Below are positions 18,733-29,005 of a stretch of 64,000 nt of DNA, in pieces. This DNA is from Candidatus Magasanikiibacteriota bacterium (GTDB lineage Bacteria; Patescibacteriota; Patescibacteriia; Magasanikbacterales; UBA922). The notes below the pieces were generated by a model. That model worked only from the letters and a program-made list of their open reading frames with translations, did not search any database and was not told the origin of the DNA. The position numbers were made by a program, and so were the translations under genes. The first letter of the stretch is position 1, and every line of letters begins with the position of its first letter. The DNA lies in assembly GCA_018652595.1 (NCBI GenBank), contig JABIBU010000016.1:26911-90910 (forward strand). Direction: 5' to 3'.

Positions 18733-19533
18733 TCAAGTATTAGACAATTCCACAACCCTCTCAAAAGCCTCGTTTATTACCTCTTTCCAAAGTTCTTTTA
18801 ATTTTGCTTCTTGTAAAATTTTAAGACCTGCTTCTGTCACACCACCTTTTGAAGTTACTTGCTCACGCAACTCAGATACACCCCCGCCTTTTTGCAATAA
18901 ATCATTTGATCCATCTATGGTCTGCAATAACAGCATTTTTGCATCACTCTCAGAAAAACCAAACTCTTCTACAGCTTTTAGCCACTCTTCTACTACTGTA
19001 AAGAAAAATCCCGGACCACTACCAGCCACGGCAGTTGCTTTATTTAATTTTTCTTCTGTCTCCAAAAATAATTCTTCTCCCATTGAGCTTAACAGCTTTT
19101 TAATTAGGTTCTTATCTTCTTCACCAACCTGCCCTAAACAAGTCCAGGTTGTCATAGACTTCCCTACTCTAGCACCAAGATTTGGCATAGTACGAACCGC
19201 CTTTTCAATTTCAAGATCGCCCTTTAGTTTTTTTAGACTTACACCAGCCATGACTGAGATAACTAATACATCTTGCTTTAGTGATCCTTTTATTTCTTTT
19301 GCAACTTCTAAAAAATTCTGAGGCTTGCAAGCTAGAATAGTTAGATCAGAATTTTCTACTGCCTGCCTGTTGTCTTGTAATACTTCTATACTTGTAAATT
19401 CTTGCTTCAATTTTTGTACAGACTCATCTGAATTTACTGTGGCTGTAATTTTTGCACCAGAAAAAATATTCTGACAAGCTTGCAAGAATATTTTTCCCAT
19501 TGTACCTGCTCCTATGATTGTTATTTTTTTCAT
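18733..19533 (-). CDS. proC: pyrroline-5-carboxylate reductase
   Basis: N-terminal IIGAGTMG Rossmann motif plus the ProC C-terminal dimerisation domain (SGPGFFF…). Confidence 0.85.
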   Translation of the reverse strand: MKKITIIGAGTMGKIFLQACQNIFSGAKITATVNSDESVQKLKQEFTSIEVLQDNRQAVENSDLTILACKPQNFLEVAKEIKGSLKQDVLVISVMAGVSLKKLKGDLEIEKAVRTMPNLGARVGKSMTTWTCLGQVGEEDKNLIKKLLSSMGEELFLETEEKLNKATAVAGSGPGFFFTVVEEWLKAVEEFGFSESDAKMLLLQTIDGSNDLLQKGGGVSELREQVTSKGGVTEAGLKILQEAKLKELWKEVINEAFERVVELSNT

Positions 19534-19537
19534 AGTT

Positions 19538-20731
19538 TTATAATACTTTCTTAATTTTATTCAATGCCCAATCAATTTCTTCTCTGGTAATAACTAGAGG
19601 AGGTGCAATACGAATCACATGTTCATGAGTTTCTTTGCAAAGCAATCCCAGTTTCATAAGTTCTTCACAATAAATTCTCGCACCACCTGCATCATTATTT
19701 AATTCTACACCAATCCAAAGCCCTTGTCCACGAATTTCTTTTATTTTAGCACTATCAATTTTTCTAAGTTCTTCCATCATATATTCACCCAACACCCTAG
19801 AATTCTCTACAAGATTTTCTTCTTCAATTACTTCTAAAGCTGCCAGACCAACAACGGCTGCCACAGGATTACCACCATAAGTAGAACCATGATCACCAGG
19901 ATTAAATACATTCATATATTTGCCATCAGCAAGGACTGCAGAAACTGGATAAACCCCGCCAGACAAAGCTTTACCAACAATCAGGGCATCTGGCCTGATA
20001 TTATCATGTTCATAGCAAAATAATTTTCCAGTACGACCTAGTCCACTTTGAATTTCGTCTAGCATGAACATTATATTTTCCTCATCACAAATTTTTCTAA
20101 CCTCTCGCAAATATCCACTACCAGGAAAAATAATTCCGCCTTCGCCTTGTGCAGGCTCCAGCAATATTCCAACTGTATTTTTATTTATGGCCTTTTTCAA
20201 ATCTTCCACATCACCGAACCTTACTATCTTAAATCCTGGTGTAAAAGGACCAAAACCATCCTTATATTGCTCTTCTGATGAAAAACCAACAATGGTGGTG
20301 GTACGACCATGAAAATTTCCATCAGCAACAATAATCTCTGCCCCATTGTCTTCGACTTGTTTTTTCTTGTAACCCCATTTGCGAGCCAGCTTGATTGCGG
20401 TTTCCACTGCCTCGGCTCCACTATTCATTGGCAAACATTTTTCAAAGCCAGTCATGGTACAAATTTTCTCATAAAACAAGCCTAGCTTATCGTTACGAAA
20501 AGCGCGAGAAGTAAGAGTTAGTTGATCAATTTGTTCTTTTGCGGCTGAAATAATTTTTTTGTGGCAATGACCTTGGTTCACCGCACTATAGGCTGCAAGG
20601 AAATCCATATATTTATTCCCCTCAGTATCCCACACCCAAACCCCCTCACCCCTGGAAATCACAACATCAAGAGGTTTGTAATTATTAGCTCCGTATTTGT
20701 CTTCTAGTTTTATATAATCTTTTGAATTCAT
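19538..20731 (-). CDS. rocD: ornithine aminotransferase-like class III PLP aminotransferase
   Basis: AYSAVNQGHCHKKII motif typical of ornithine--oxo-acid transaminase, plus PLP-lysine region. Adjacent to proC. Confidence 0.75.
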   Translation of the reverse strand: MNSKDYIKLEDKYGANNYKPLDVVISRGEGVWVWDTEGNKYMDFLAAYSAVNQGHCHKKIISAAKEQIDQLTLTSRAFRNDKLGLFYEKICTMTGFEKCLPMNSGAEAVETAIKLARKWGYKKKQVEDNGAEIIVADGNFHGRTTTIVGFSSEEQYKDGFGPFTPGFKIVRFGDVEDLKKAINKNTVGILLEPAQGEGGIIFPGSGYLREVRKICDEENIMFMLDEIQSGLGRTGKLFCYEHDNIRPDALIVGKALSGGVYPVSAVLADGKYMNVFNPGDHGSTYGGNPVAAVVGLAALEVIEEENLVENSRVLGEYMMEELRKIDSAKIKEIRGQGLWIGVELNNDAGGARIYCEELMKLGLLCKETHEHVIRIAPPLVITREEIDWALNKIKKVL

Positions 20732-20799
20732 AAAGTTAAATTAAAAATAAATAATTCTTCTCTTTCTTTGATAAACCCGAGGGAGATAAATTTGCAAAC

Positions 20800-20838
20800 A
20801 TATTAATATAAATAAAAAAACAGTCCCGAATTAATTTC
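20800..20838 (-). terminator. terminator downstream of the SPFH gene
   Basis: acagtcccgaa-ttaat-ttcgggactgt; T-run on the minus strand. Confidence 0.65.
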
Positions 20839-20979
20839 GGGACTGTCTATTGAATAAAGTTAAACTAAAGCCATGGGCTAACTCAATAGATAGTCCATGC
20901 TTGGCGGTACAATTTGTGAATAATTATTTTTCATAACTACAAATAGTATAAACTAAGGTTATCTGAATGTCAAACTAGT

Positions 20980-22017
20980 CTAAACCCCCCTAAACAAAGG
21001 CATACCATTACTTGCATTAGTTGGGACATAGATAGTACCTTCTCTATCTTTCAAGCTATTGATATAAAGATATTCCAAGTAGCGAGCAGTCAAACTTTGA
21101 TTGATGATCTGCTGTGCATCACGCTGACCTTCGGCTTCAATTATTTTTCTTTCAGCTTCTTTTGTTTCTTTTTGTAAAATAAAATCATATCTCTCAGCCT
21201 CTTGTTCAGCTTGCAATTTTTGTTGGATACTTCCAGCCAAATCAGTTGGCAACTCAACATGGCGCAATAGCACATCTTCCACTTCAATTCCCCTTGGTTC
21301 TAATTTTGATATTAGAGAATCTAAGATACCCTTGCTTGCTTCTTGGCGTTTTTCAGAATAAATATCTTTGGCCTCATACTCAGCAATCACCTCTCTAATT
21401 ATACTTCTAATTTGTGGACGAATAATTACCTCATCATAATTTAAACCTACATCACGATAAATATCAGATGCTTTTTCTTGTACTAGATGATAGAGAACTG
21501 TAATATCCAAATCTACACTCAAACCTTCTTTGGTAAGAGCAGAAATTACATCTGAACCATATTTTTTACCCTCACCCTGAGCTATACTCATGGTGTAATC
21601 TTGGGTCCTCACATTCATTTTAGTAATTTTGACTAGTGGATTTTTCAAATGAAAGCCAGAACTAAATTCATTGTCTTTGACTTTACCAAAGAAAGATTGA
21701 ACTCCTGTCTCACCTGAATCAACTACAACGAAAAAGGCCGTTATAAAACTTAGAAAAATTACAAGTAACACCCCCAATGTTATCCATAATCCCATCTTCT
21801 TCCCCGCCAGTGGATTTATTGTTTCCATATGCTTTGTTGGATTAGTATTTAAATTAAATTTATTTTTTAAATCATTTATTTTATTTTTATCAAAATTCTT
21901 CCAAGCCAAAAACATGGCGAGTAAAATCAAGAATCCTGACTTACTCATTATACCTAGTATAAATAATGCGATTATTATATACCAAATTTTGTCTTTTAGG
22001 TTATTTAATTCATTCAT
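20980..22017 (-). CDS. SPFH/band-7 (prohibitin/HflC-like) membrane protein
   Basis: SPFH domain followed by a long coiled coil with EAE/QR repeats. N-terminal TM segment; an alternative start at M63 is possible. Confidence 0.7.
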   Translation of the reverse strand: MNELNNLKDKIWYIIIALFILGIMSKSGFLILLAMFLAWKNFDKNKINDLKNKFNLNTNPTKHMETINPLAGKKMGLWITLGVLLVIFLSFITAFFVVVDSGETGVQSFFGKVKDNEFSSGFHLKNPLVKITKMNVRTQDYTMSIAQGEGKKYGSDVISALTKEGLSVDLDITVLYHLVQEKASDIYRDVGLNYDEVIIRPQIRSIIREVIAEYEAKDIYSEKRQEASKGILDSLISKLEPRGIEVEDVLLRHVELPTDLAGSIQQKLQAEQEAERYDFILQKETKEAERKIIEAEGQRDAQQIINQSLTARYLEYLYINSLKDREGTIYVPTNASNGMPLFRGV

Positions 22018-22021
22018 AACA

Positions 22022-23275
22022 CTACTGTTTACTTATTTTAGCACCAACCGACTGCAGTCTCTCCACCAAATCCTCATAGCCACGTTCAATATGTTGAATT
22101 TCATTTACAATAGTAGTATTGTCTGCAACCAAACCTGCCAAAACCAGGGCAGCACCAGCACGCAAGTCTGTGGCTGAAACTTCTGCTCCAATGAAATCAA
22201 CCGGACCATTTATACTTGCCTTGTTTCCCTCCAATTTTATTTTTGCACCCATTCTATTCAATTCCAATACATGCATAAAACGATTTTCAAAAATTGTTTC
22301 TTTCAGCTCACTTTTACCATTTGTTAAACTAAGTAAAACCATGGTTTGAGCCTGTAAGTCAGTTGGAAAACCCGGATAAGGTTCAGTGCTAATTTTTACT
22401 GGTTTTAATTTTTCTAAATCAGCTTTTATTTTTAACCTATCATTGTTAAATTCAAATTCTACTCCCATTTTTTCTAGTTTTTTTATAAAACCTTTCAAAT
22501 GTTCTTTTATGACCCCTTGAATTTCCAAATCACCGTCATTTATAATTGATGCAATAATAAAAGTTCCAGCTTCAATTCTGTCAGGAATAATACTATGCTT
22601 ACATGGAATTAATTTTTCTACGCCTTGAATTTTTAATTCATCTGTACCAATCCCAGAAATATTTGCACCCATTTTATTTAAAAAACTAGACAAATCATCT
22701 ATCTCTGGCTCACGAGCAGCATTCAAAATTGTTGTTTCACCTTTTGCCTTCACTGCTGCCATGAGTATATTCTGTGTAGCACCAACACTAGGAAATGGCA
22801 ATTTAACCCTAGCGCCTACAAGTTCTACAGCTTCTGCAGTTACAAAACCATGATCCAAAACAATCTTTGCTCCTAATTTTTCAAATCCCTGCAAATGAAA
22901 ATCTATTGGTCTGGTGCCAATAGCACAACCACCTGGTAAAGATACGCGCGCTTTTTTTACATGCGCCAAAAGTGACCCCATGACAACAAAAGATGCTCTC
23001 ATTTCCTTTACTAGCTCATAGGGAGCTTCTATATCTTTTACACCGCTATTTGTTATTTTATATGAATGGTCATCTGTCTTTTCTGCTTTCAACCCAAATG
23101 TTTCCAATAATTTTATCATGGTTCTAATATCCTTCAAATCAGGAATATTATCAATACTGTACTCACCTTCGGCTATCAAAGTAGCTGCCAAAATTGGTAA
23201 AGCTGAATTTTTGGCACCATTTACAGACAAAGTTCCGTTTAATTTTCCACTGCCATTAATAACGATTTTATTCAT
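22022..23275 (-). CDS. murA: UDP-N-acetylglucosamine 1-carboxyvinyltransferase
   Basis: EPSP-synthase-fold MurA sequence (…LPGGCAIGTRPID…). Confidence 0.9.
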   Translation of the reverse strand: MNKIVINGSGKLNGTLSVNGAKNSALPILAATLIAEGEYSIDNIPDLKDIRTMIKLLETFGLKAEKTDDHSYKITNSGVKDIEAPYELVKEMRASFVVMGSLLAHVKKARVSLPGGCAIGTRPIDFHLQGFEKLGAKIVLDHGFVTAEAVELVGARVKLPFPSVGATQNILMAAVKAKGETTILNAAREPEIDDLSSFLNKMGANISGIGTDELKIQGVEKLIPCKHSIIPDRIEAGTFIIASIINDGDLEIQGVIKEHLKGFIKKLEKMGVEFEFNNDRLKIKADLEKLKPVKISTEPYPGFPTDLQAQTMVLLSLTNGKSELKETIFENRFMHVLELNRMGAKIKLEGNKASINGPVDFIGAEVSATDLRAGAALVLAGLVADNTTIVNEIQHIERGYEDLVERLQSVGAKISKQ

Positions 23276-23281
23276 AAAAAC

Positions 23282-23310
23282 TTGATTTTTTGTTCTATTT
23301 ACGGTAGTAT
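23282..23310 (+). promoter_or_regulatory. sigma70-type promoter for the histidine phosphatase gene
   Basis: TTGATT-17 nt-TAGTAT in the divergent murA/phosphatase intergenic region. Confidence 0.4.
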
Positions 23311-23346
23311 TGTATATGAAAACAATTATTTAATCAAGTAGTCACC

Positions 23347-23886
23347 ATGAGTGTAAAAATAACATATTTTGTCCACGGCACCACCACTGACAATGAAAAT
23401 GGCCTATCCACTGGCTGGGCCCAAGGAAAATTATCTGAATTGGGCATAAACCAAGCCAAGGAACTAGGCAAATTGACCAAAGATCAGCAATTTGATGTTG
23501 TTTTTTGTTCAGATTTGAATCGAGCTGTTCACTCTGCTGAGCTTGGCTTTGCCGATAAGCATAAAATAATCATAGATGAGAGACTGAGAGAATGTAATTA
23601 TGGAGACCTAAACGAAGCAAGTGAACATGATGTTATTTATGAAAACCATATTAATGAGCCATTTCCGAATGGTGAAAATTTAAAAGATGTAAAAAAACGT
23701 ATAGCAGATTTTTTGGAATTTTTAAAAAGTAATTATGATGGCAAACATATTGCAATACTCGCCCACAAAGCACCTCAATTAGCTTTGGAAGTACTATTAA
23801 ATAATAAGACCTGGGAACAGTCTATCGACACAGACTGGCGCAAAACCAAATCCTGGCAACCTGGCTGGAAATACAATGCCCAATAA
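23347..23886 (+). CDS. histidine phosphatase family protein (phosphoglycerate-mutase-like)
   Basis: N-terminal catalytic His motif (FVHGTT, an RHG variant) and the overall length of branch-1 histidine phosphatases. Confidence 0.6.
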   Translation: MSVKITYFVHGTTTDNENGLSTGWAQGKLSELGINQAKELGKLTKDQQFDVVFCSDLNRAVHSAELGFADKHKIIIDERLRECNYGDLNEASEHDVIYENHINEPFPNGENLKDVKKRIADFLEFLKSNYDGKHIAILAHKAPQLALEVLLNNKTWEQSIDTDWRKTKSWQPGWKYNAQ

Positions 23887-23921
23887 TTACTCCTTATTCT
23901 TTATTTCTTTCTCCTTGTAAA

Positions 23922-25253
23922 ATGACCTATCCCAAAACAATTCTAACTCGTAAGATCCGCCTAACAATAATGGGATTACTTTTTATCTTATTTTTTGTTA
24001 TATCGCCGTTAGTTATTATGTATACTGCTGGCTATCGCTGGGATCCAGTAAGTAAGAAGATAAAGGAAACAGGAGTACTAAGTGTTAACATAGAACCAGA
24101 GGATTCTGAAGTTTTTTTGAATGATATAAAAATACAAAAAAATTTACCACTCTATCTACCAAATCGAGCACCTGGAAGTTACAGGATAAAATTAGCTTTG
24201 CCCGGATACAAAACCTGGGAAAAAGATATTGATATAGAGAGCAAAAAAACAACTTATATAAAAGACATAACGCTTTTTAAGGATAATCTACCAACAAAGA
24301 TATCTGAAACAGATGAACTAGACATAGATACTATCTATCCTTCTAATAGTGGGCGCTATATACTACTGGTTTCACAAAAAAATAATGTCTATGAAACAGA
24401 CATTTTTGATACACAGAATAAAGACTTGGAAACACTTTCACGCATCAAATCTGATTTAAAACCAGAAGTAATCTGGTCCCCTTTTGCTAATTATTTGATT
24501 TTACAGACTAAATCCGGCAAACAAACTAATTTGCAAATAATAGATACTGAAAACAATAACTCGACTTCTTATACTTTTTATTACCCGATCGAAAATATAG
24601 CATGGTCAACAAATACCTCTGAACCATTAGTGTTTGCTGAAGACAGAAATATTATCTATACCCTAGATTTAAATACCAAAAAGAAAATTACAAGCTCAGT
24701 AAATAATTCTTGGCTATTGGATGACAAACAAAATCTATGGTCAATTGATAAACAAAATAATTTGACTACTGTAATAGATGGTAAAATCACAAAGCTAGGA
24801 AATCTATCAGAAAAAATTGAAAAGATAGTTGATATAAATGAAAATAGAATAATTTTAAAAACTGATAGAGATGTGATAATTGCCAAAATAAATAATCTTG
24901 AGATAGAAAGTGTTCAATCGCTAAACACACAAGAAATTTTTTACAATCAAAATACTGATGAATGGCTCACATGGTCAGCGTGGGAACTATGGAGTATTTA
25001 TAAAAATGGCGAAACATCACTGCTCAATCGTACTGGCAATAGAATAGATCAAGTATTACCTCTAGATGAACATGGTGTGGTATTATTATCATCAGAAAAT
25101 AAAATCGTCGGCTTTAATCCGGGATATTACACAGAACATGAGCTATTCAAAAACGGCAGCATAGAAAAAGTTGGGGTAAACTTTGAAACTAGAAAAATAT
25201 TTTTCCTAGGCGAAGTGGCTGGTAAGCACGGCCTATTTGAACTAGATTACTAA
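23922..25253 (+). CDS. membrane-anchored PEGA-domain protein with probable beta-propeller region
   Basis: N-terminal TM helix, PEGA-like segment (…YRIKLALPGYKTWEKDIDI…), then a repeat-rich W/D-containing region. Confidence 0.45.
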   Translation: MTYPKTILTRKIRLTIMGLLFILFFVISPLVIMYTAGYRWDPVSKKIKETGVLSVNIEPEDSEVFLNDIKIQKNLPLYLPNRAPGSYRIKLALPGYKTWEKDIDIESKKTTYIKDITLFKDNLPTKISETDELDIDTIYPSNSGRYILLVSQKNNVYETDIFDTQNKDLETLSRIKSDLKPEVIWSPFANYLILQTKSGKQTNLQIIDTENNNSTSYTFYYPIENIAWSTNTSEPLVFAEDRNIIYTLDLNTKKKITSSVNNSWLLDDKQNLWSIDKQNNLTTVIDGKITKLGNLSEKIEKIVDINENRIILKTDRDVIIAKINNLEIESVQSLNTQEIFYNQNTDEWLTWSAWELWSIYKNGETSLLNRTGNRIDQVLPLDEHGVVLLSSENKIVGFNPGYYTEHELFKNGSIEKVGVNFETRKIFFLGEVAGKHGLFELDY

Positions 25254-25269
25254 GTCAAAAAAAATAAAA

Positions 25270-25305
25270 ACAAAAAATTCCGTTTATAGCGGAATTTTTT
25301 GTTTT
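25270..25305. terminator. bidirectional terminator (PEGA gene / nucleotidyltransferase)
   Basis: aaaaaa-ttccg-tttatag-cggaa-ttttttgttttt. Confidence 0.7.
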
Positions 25306-25318
25306 TATTATTTGTAAT

Positions 25319-26410
25319 TCATAATTCTAGTATAGTCTTATCCCCCACTATCATCTTATGACCCTCAGCCTCTTTTGTTTTTTTCTTTACAATCTTCACA
25401 CCTCTACCGATCAAACTGTCTGTAATCTGAATATCACAATTGATATCACAATTTTCCAAAATAATATTATCTCTTAATTTTGCATCTTTTACTTCGGTGC
25501 CAGAACCAATTGTAATAAATGGACCTACCTCACAATTTTCTAATACACAATTCTCACCAATAATAGCTGGGCCTGTAATTTTTACACTTTTACCAATAAC
25601 TGAACCAATACCGATTCTAACATTCCCGCTAATATCAGCACTTTCATAAATAGAACCATGATTTGGAAATTCACTTCCTTCCATTCTTTCCAAAAGCATT
25701 TTGTTAGCCAAAAGTAAGTCATCTGCCAGGCCAGTATCTTTCCACCAGCCAGTAATTTCTTTATGTCCAACCTTATAATTGTTTTTCAAAAAATGTGAGT
25801 GAATACTAGAAATTTCATACTCTCCACGCGAACTCTTTTCAATATTATCAAATGCCTTAAAAAATACTTTTGGCCCATAAAGATAAATTCCAGTCACAGC
25901 AAAATCACTTGGTGGGTTCTCTGGCTTTTCCAACACATCAATCAAATTGCCCCCCTCACAAAATACTGGAACACCAAACCGATTCGGATCAGGTACTTTT
26001 GACAACGCCAACATACAATCTTGATTCCCACTATTAAATTCATCTACCATTTCCTTTATGCTTCCAAAGATAATATTATCGGACAAATAAAATATAAACG
26101 GATCATTATCAATAAATTTTTCTGCTTCTTTTACGACATGGGCAATTCCCTGCGGTCCGCCAGTCTGCTCAAAAAATTTGATCTTAATTCCCCAATGACC
26201 ACCATCACCAATAAATTTTTGGAGTTCTGTATCACCAGGATTTACATTAATAAAAATCTCTTCCACGCCAGCCTCTACCACTTTTTCTATAGCATGAAAA
26301 ATCATCGGCTTATTGGCCAATGGCAGTAAATGCTTGTTAATCGTAGTCGTGATTGGGTAGAGCCTCGTTGCTCTCCCGCCACCTGTTAGTATTGCTTTTT
26401 TAATACGCAT
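25319..26410 (-). CDS. sugar-phosphate nucleotidyltransferase with C-terminal left-handed beta-helix (RmlA/GlmU-like)
   Basis: GGRATRL nucleotide-binding motif (G-x-G-T-R-L) N-terminally; C-terminal hexapeptide repeats. Confidence 0.75.
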   Translation of the reverse strand: MRIKKAILTGGGRATRLYPITTTINKHLLPLANKPMIFHAIEKVVEAGVEEIFINVNPGDTELQKFIGDGGHWGIKIKFFEQTGGPQGIAHVVKEAEKFIDNDPFIFYLSDNIIFGSIKEMVDEFNSGNQDCMLALSKVPDPNRFGVPVFCEGGNLIDVLEKPENPPSDFAVTGIYLYGPKVFFKAFDNIEKSSRGEYEISSIHSHFLKNNYKVGHKEITGWWKDTGLADDLLLANKMLLERMEGSEFPNHGSIYESADISGNVRIGIGSVIGKSVKITGPAIIGENCVLENCEVGPFITIGSGTEVKDAKLRDNIILENCDINCDIQITDSLIGRGVKIVKKKTKEAEGHKMIVGDKTILEL

Positions 26411-26413
26411 AAC

Positions 26414-27505
26414 CTACCAAAATATTACAAATTTAACAATTACAAAATAAAATTTCATCACCGGATTACCAACATACTTAAGTAAGGGATTCTCCATTGA
26501 TTTCTCCTGAAAATTTATTTCAGCTACAGCAATTTTTAATAAATCCTTATCCTTAATCTTTTTAATTTTCTGAATATTTTTTCTTTTACCTAGCCAGAGT
26601 TTCCAGCTAGATAATTTTAACCAATATTTATAAACCTTCACTCGTTCTTTCCACCAACCGCCTCTGAAAGCAAATAACCAAAGACCACACTCAAGAGCCA
26701 GTTCTATTGGTAAAAATAAAAGCAAAGTTGGCCATTTGAAAAACATAAGCATCACACCATATCTATTTCTTTCCATCCAGTAAAACTTCTGTATACTGCG
26801 ACTAAATTGATATTTGTGATAAAAAATTGAATCCTTTACAAGCTTTATACTATATCCAGCTACACGTAGGCGGAATGAATATTCAAGATCTTCATGATAC
26901 AAAAAGAAATCATGATCCCAATGTCCAAATTCCCGCAATAAATCTGCCCTCATCATAATTGCAGCACCACTAGCATAAGCAATATCTTTTACAGCTGGTA
27001 AATTTAATTCACTAAATCTTTCTCTATAGCCACCACAAAAACCAAAGCCCAAATACTGAAACTCGTTTCCAGTGCTATTGATATACTCAGTATCAGGATG
27101 TAATAGCATTAACGACTGTGTTGCGCCAATGGTCTTGTCAGATTCCATTGTATCAACCAGAGATTCCAAAGCGTTTGCAGCTAAAAATCCATCATTATTG
27201 TGCAAATAAATATAGTCATATCCATTTTCCAGTGCCCATTTTATTCCCTCATTGTTACCACCAGCAAAACCTAAGTTTTCTTTTTGTGACAAAATTGTAA
27301 CATGAGGAATTACATCACCTGACAATGGCATTACGTTTTCTTGTAAGTGTCGAACTGACGAGCCATATTCTGGGTGCGGATTATCCACTATAACAAACTC
27401 GACCTTATCTCGCGAATAAGTTAATTTTTTCAAAGCAGATACCACATCGTCTATGTACGGCTCACAATGGTAAGAAAGATAGATTATAGCAACTTTAGGT
27501 TTCAT
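26414..27505 (-). CDS. glycosyltransferase family 2 with C-terminal TM region
   Basis: VAIIYLSYH…VIVDN GT-A fold; DxD-like region. Confidence 0.7.
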   Translation of the reverse strand: MKPKVAIIYLSYHCEPYIDDVVSALKKLTYSRDKVEFVIVDNPHPEYGSSVRHLQENVMPLSGDVIPHVTILSQKENLGFAGGNNEGIKWALENGYDYIYLHNNDGFLAANALESLVDTMESDKTIGATQSLMLLHPDTEYINSTGNEFQYLGFGFCGGYRERFSELNLPAVKDIAYASGAAIMMRADLLREFGHWDHDFFLYHEDLEYSFRLRVAGYSIKLVKDSIFYHKYQFSRSIQKFYWMERNRYGVMLMFFKWPTLLLFLPIELALECGLWLFAFRGGWWKERVKVYKYWLKLSSWKLWLGKRKNIQKIKKIKDKDLLKIAVAEINFQEKSMENPLLKYVGNPVMKFYFVIVKFVIFW

Positions 27506-28354
27506 TTATTTATATTTATATTTGTAATACTTATTTGTCCCTCTCCACTTCCATAGAAATTTGAACCAACTATTCAAATGGATACGAGCTAATTTATTTT
27601 TAAACAGTGCTTTGAAAATTCCAGGTACTTTTGCTGATTCCCTAGCATGAACATGTTTGATTACTATATCATGAACATAGTAGACTGGCCAGCCAATGTC
27701 CCACATACGACGACACCAATCGCAATCTTCCAAATACATAAAATATCTATCATCAAAAAAACCAATCTCATCTACCACTTCCTTGCGGACCATGATAGCG
27801 GCACCCAAAACCCAATCAACAGGCCTGGTTTCTTTGTGGTCAAAATCTTTCATCACCAATTTGTCGGCATGCTTTTTTACCCACTTATATTTTTTATCAA
27901 AATGAATTTGTTTTAATGGCTTTATCAAAATTGATGGCAAATCAAATCGATAACACGAATACTGCAAGCTCCCATCCATATTAACAAGTTTTGGTCCTAT
28001 ACAACCAATCTTTGGATGACTATCCATAAACTCAATAAGTCTTTCTATTGTACGAGAATTTTCTGGAATTACAGTGTCTCGATTTAAAGCAAAATAATAA
28101 CGTGCTTCAGTTTCTTTGAAACCATTATTGTTACCTTTACCAAAACCAACATTGCCACGTGAATCAACATACTTTACTTGTGGAAAATTTGTCATCAGCT
28201 GATTTCTAAGCCCATCACGATTTTCTGAATTATCCGCCACGGTCAACTGCACATCGTACTTGCACATTTCCAAGTCCCGAACCAAAGACTGGACAGCTTG
28301 CAGGATGTCATCTTTACATTCGTAATTTAGTAATACAATATTTAGGTCTTTCAT
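27506..28354 (-). CDS. glycosyltransferase family 2
   Basis: LNIVLLNYE…TVADNSE GT-A signature. Abuts the previous GT2 with no gap. Confidence 0.7.
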   Translation of the reverse strand: MKDLNIVLLNYECKDDILQAVQSLVRDLEMCKYDVQLTVADNSENRDGLRNQLMTNFPQVKYVDSRGNVGFGKGNNNGFKETEARYYFALNRDTVIPENSRTIERLIEFMDSHPKIGCIGPKLVNMDGSLQYSCYRFDLPSILIKPLKQIHFDKKYKWVKKHADKLVMKDFDHKETRPVDWVLGAAIMVRKEVVDEIGFFDDRYFMYLEDCDWCRRMWDIGWPVYYVHDIVIKHVHARESAKVPGIFKALFKNKLARIHLNSWFKFLWKWRGTNKYYKYKYK

Positions 28355-28360
28355 ATATTA

Positions 28361-28981
28361 TTATTTGCACTTACTTTCTACTTCAGACATTATTTCAACT
28401 AAAACTGAATTAGTCACTTGGTTTCTTTTTTTAATATTATCAATAAATTCTCTTGCTCGTACATCTGTTCCGTATTGCTCGTATTCGTACGCCTTCAACA
28501 CTGCTTGTAATTTATCCATTTCTTTTAGAAGTTTGCCTTCTGGGGTGCTTTGCTCTTCAAATTCTAACCAAAGTTTCATAACATCCTCTCCTTCATTACC
28601 AAGCTTAGAACAAATCGACTCCATGGCTTTTAACTCATCTGATTTCTTTTGTGCTACTAATTGCTTCTCTTTTTCTCCGCTATAAATTACTGTAACCCTA
28701 TCACCCACATCTGGGTTACCCTCTGCCCAATCATGGATCTGAATAATCCTTATCATTCTATTTCGATCAAACTCTTTGTCTGGATCAATCTCGTCAATTA
28801 CAGATTCAAACAATGCAATCATGGAATCAGTGTGTTCTCCTACTGTTTCTGCTTTATCTTTTCCAATTCCATGATTGAGCCATCCAGTTCGAGGTACTTT
28901 ATACAAATCACCAACAGATTTTCTTGCCTGCTCAAATTCCGATGTATTAAATAGCTCAATAATTTGCTCTCTTTCTCTCAT
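28361..28981 (-). CDS. HD-domain protein, YfbR-like 5'-deoxynucleotidase family
   Basis: RTGW…GEH…HD metal-binding pattern (VPRTGWLNH…VGEHTDSM…IQIHDWAEG). Confidence 0.55.
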   Translation of the reverse strand: MREREQIIELFNTSEFEQARKSVGDLYKVPRTGWLNHGIGKDKAETVGEHTDSMIALFESVIDEIDPDKEFDRNRMIRIIQIHDWAEGNPDVGDRVTVIYSGEKEKQLVAQKKSDELKAMESICSKLGNEGEDVMKLWLEFEEQSTPEGKLLKEMDKLQAVLKAYEYEQYGTDVRAREFIDNIKKRNQVTNSVLVEIMSEVESKCK

Positions 28982-29005
28982 ATATTTTTATATATCAATT
29001 GATTA

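Noticed and set aside
18722-19321. 199-aa plus-strand ORF antisense to proC and other antisense/shadow ORFs inside confidently assigned genes (e.g. 545-781, 10949-11272, 12175-12513, 15038-15355, 50341-50985)
   Set aside because: They lie fully antisense within well-supported conserved genes and have Ser/Phe/Leu-rich shadow-ORF composition.
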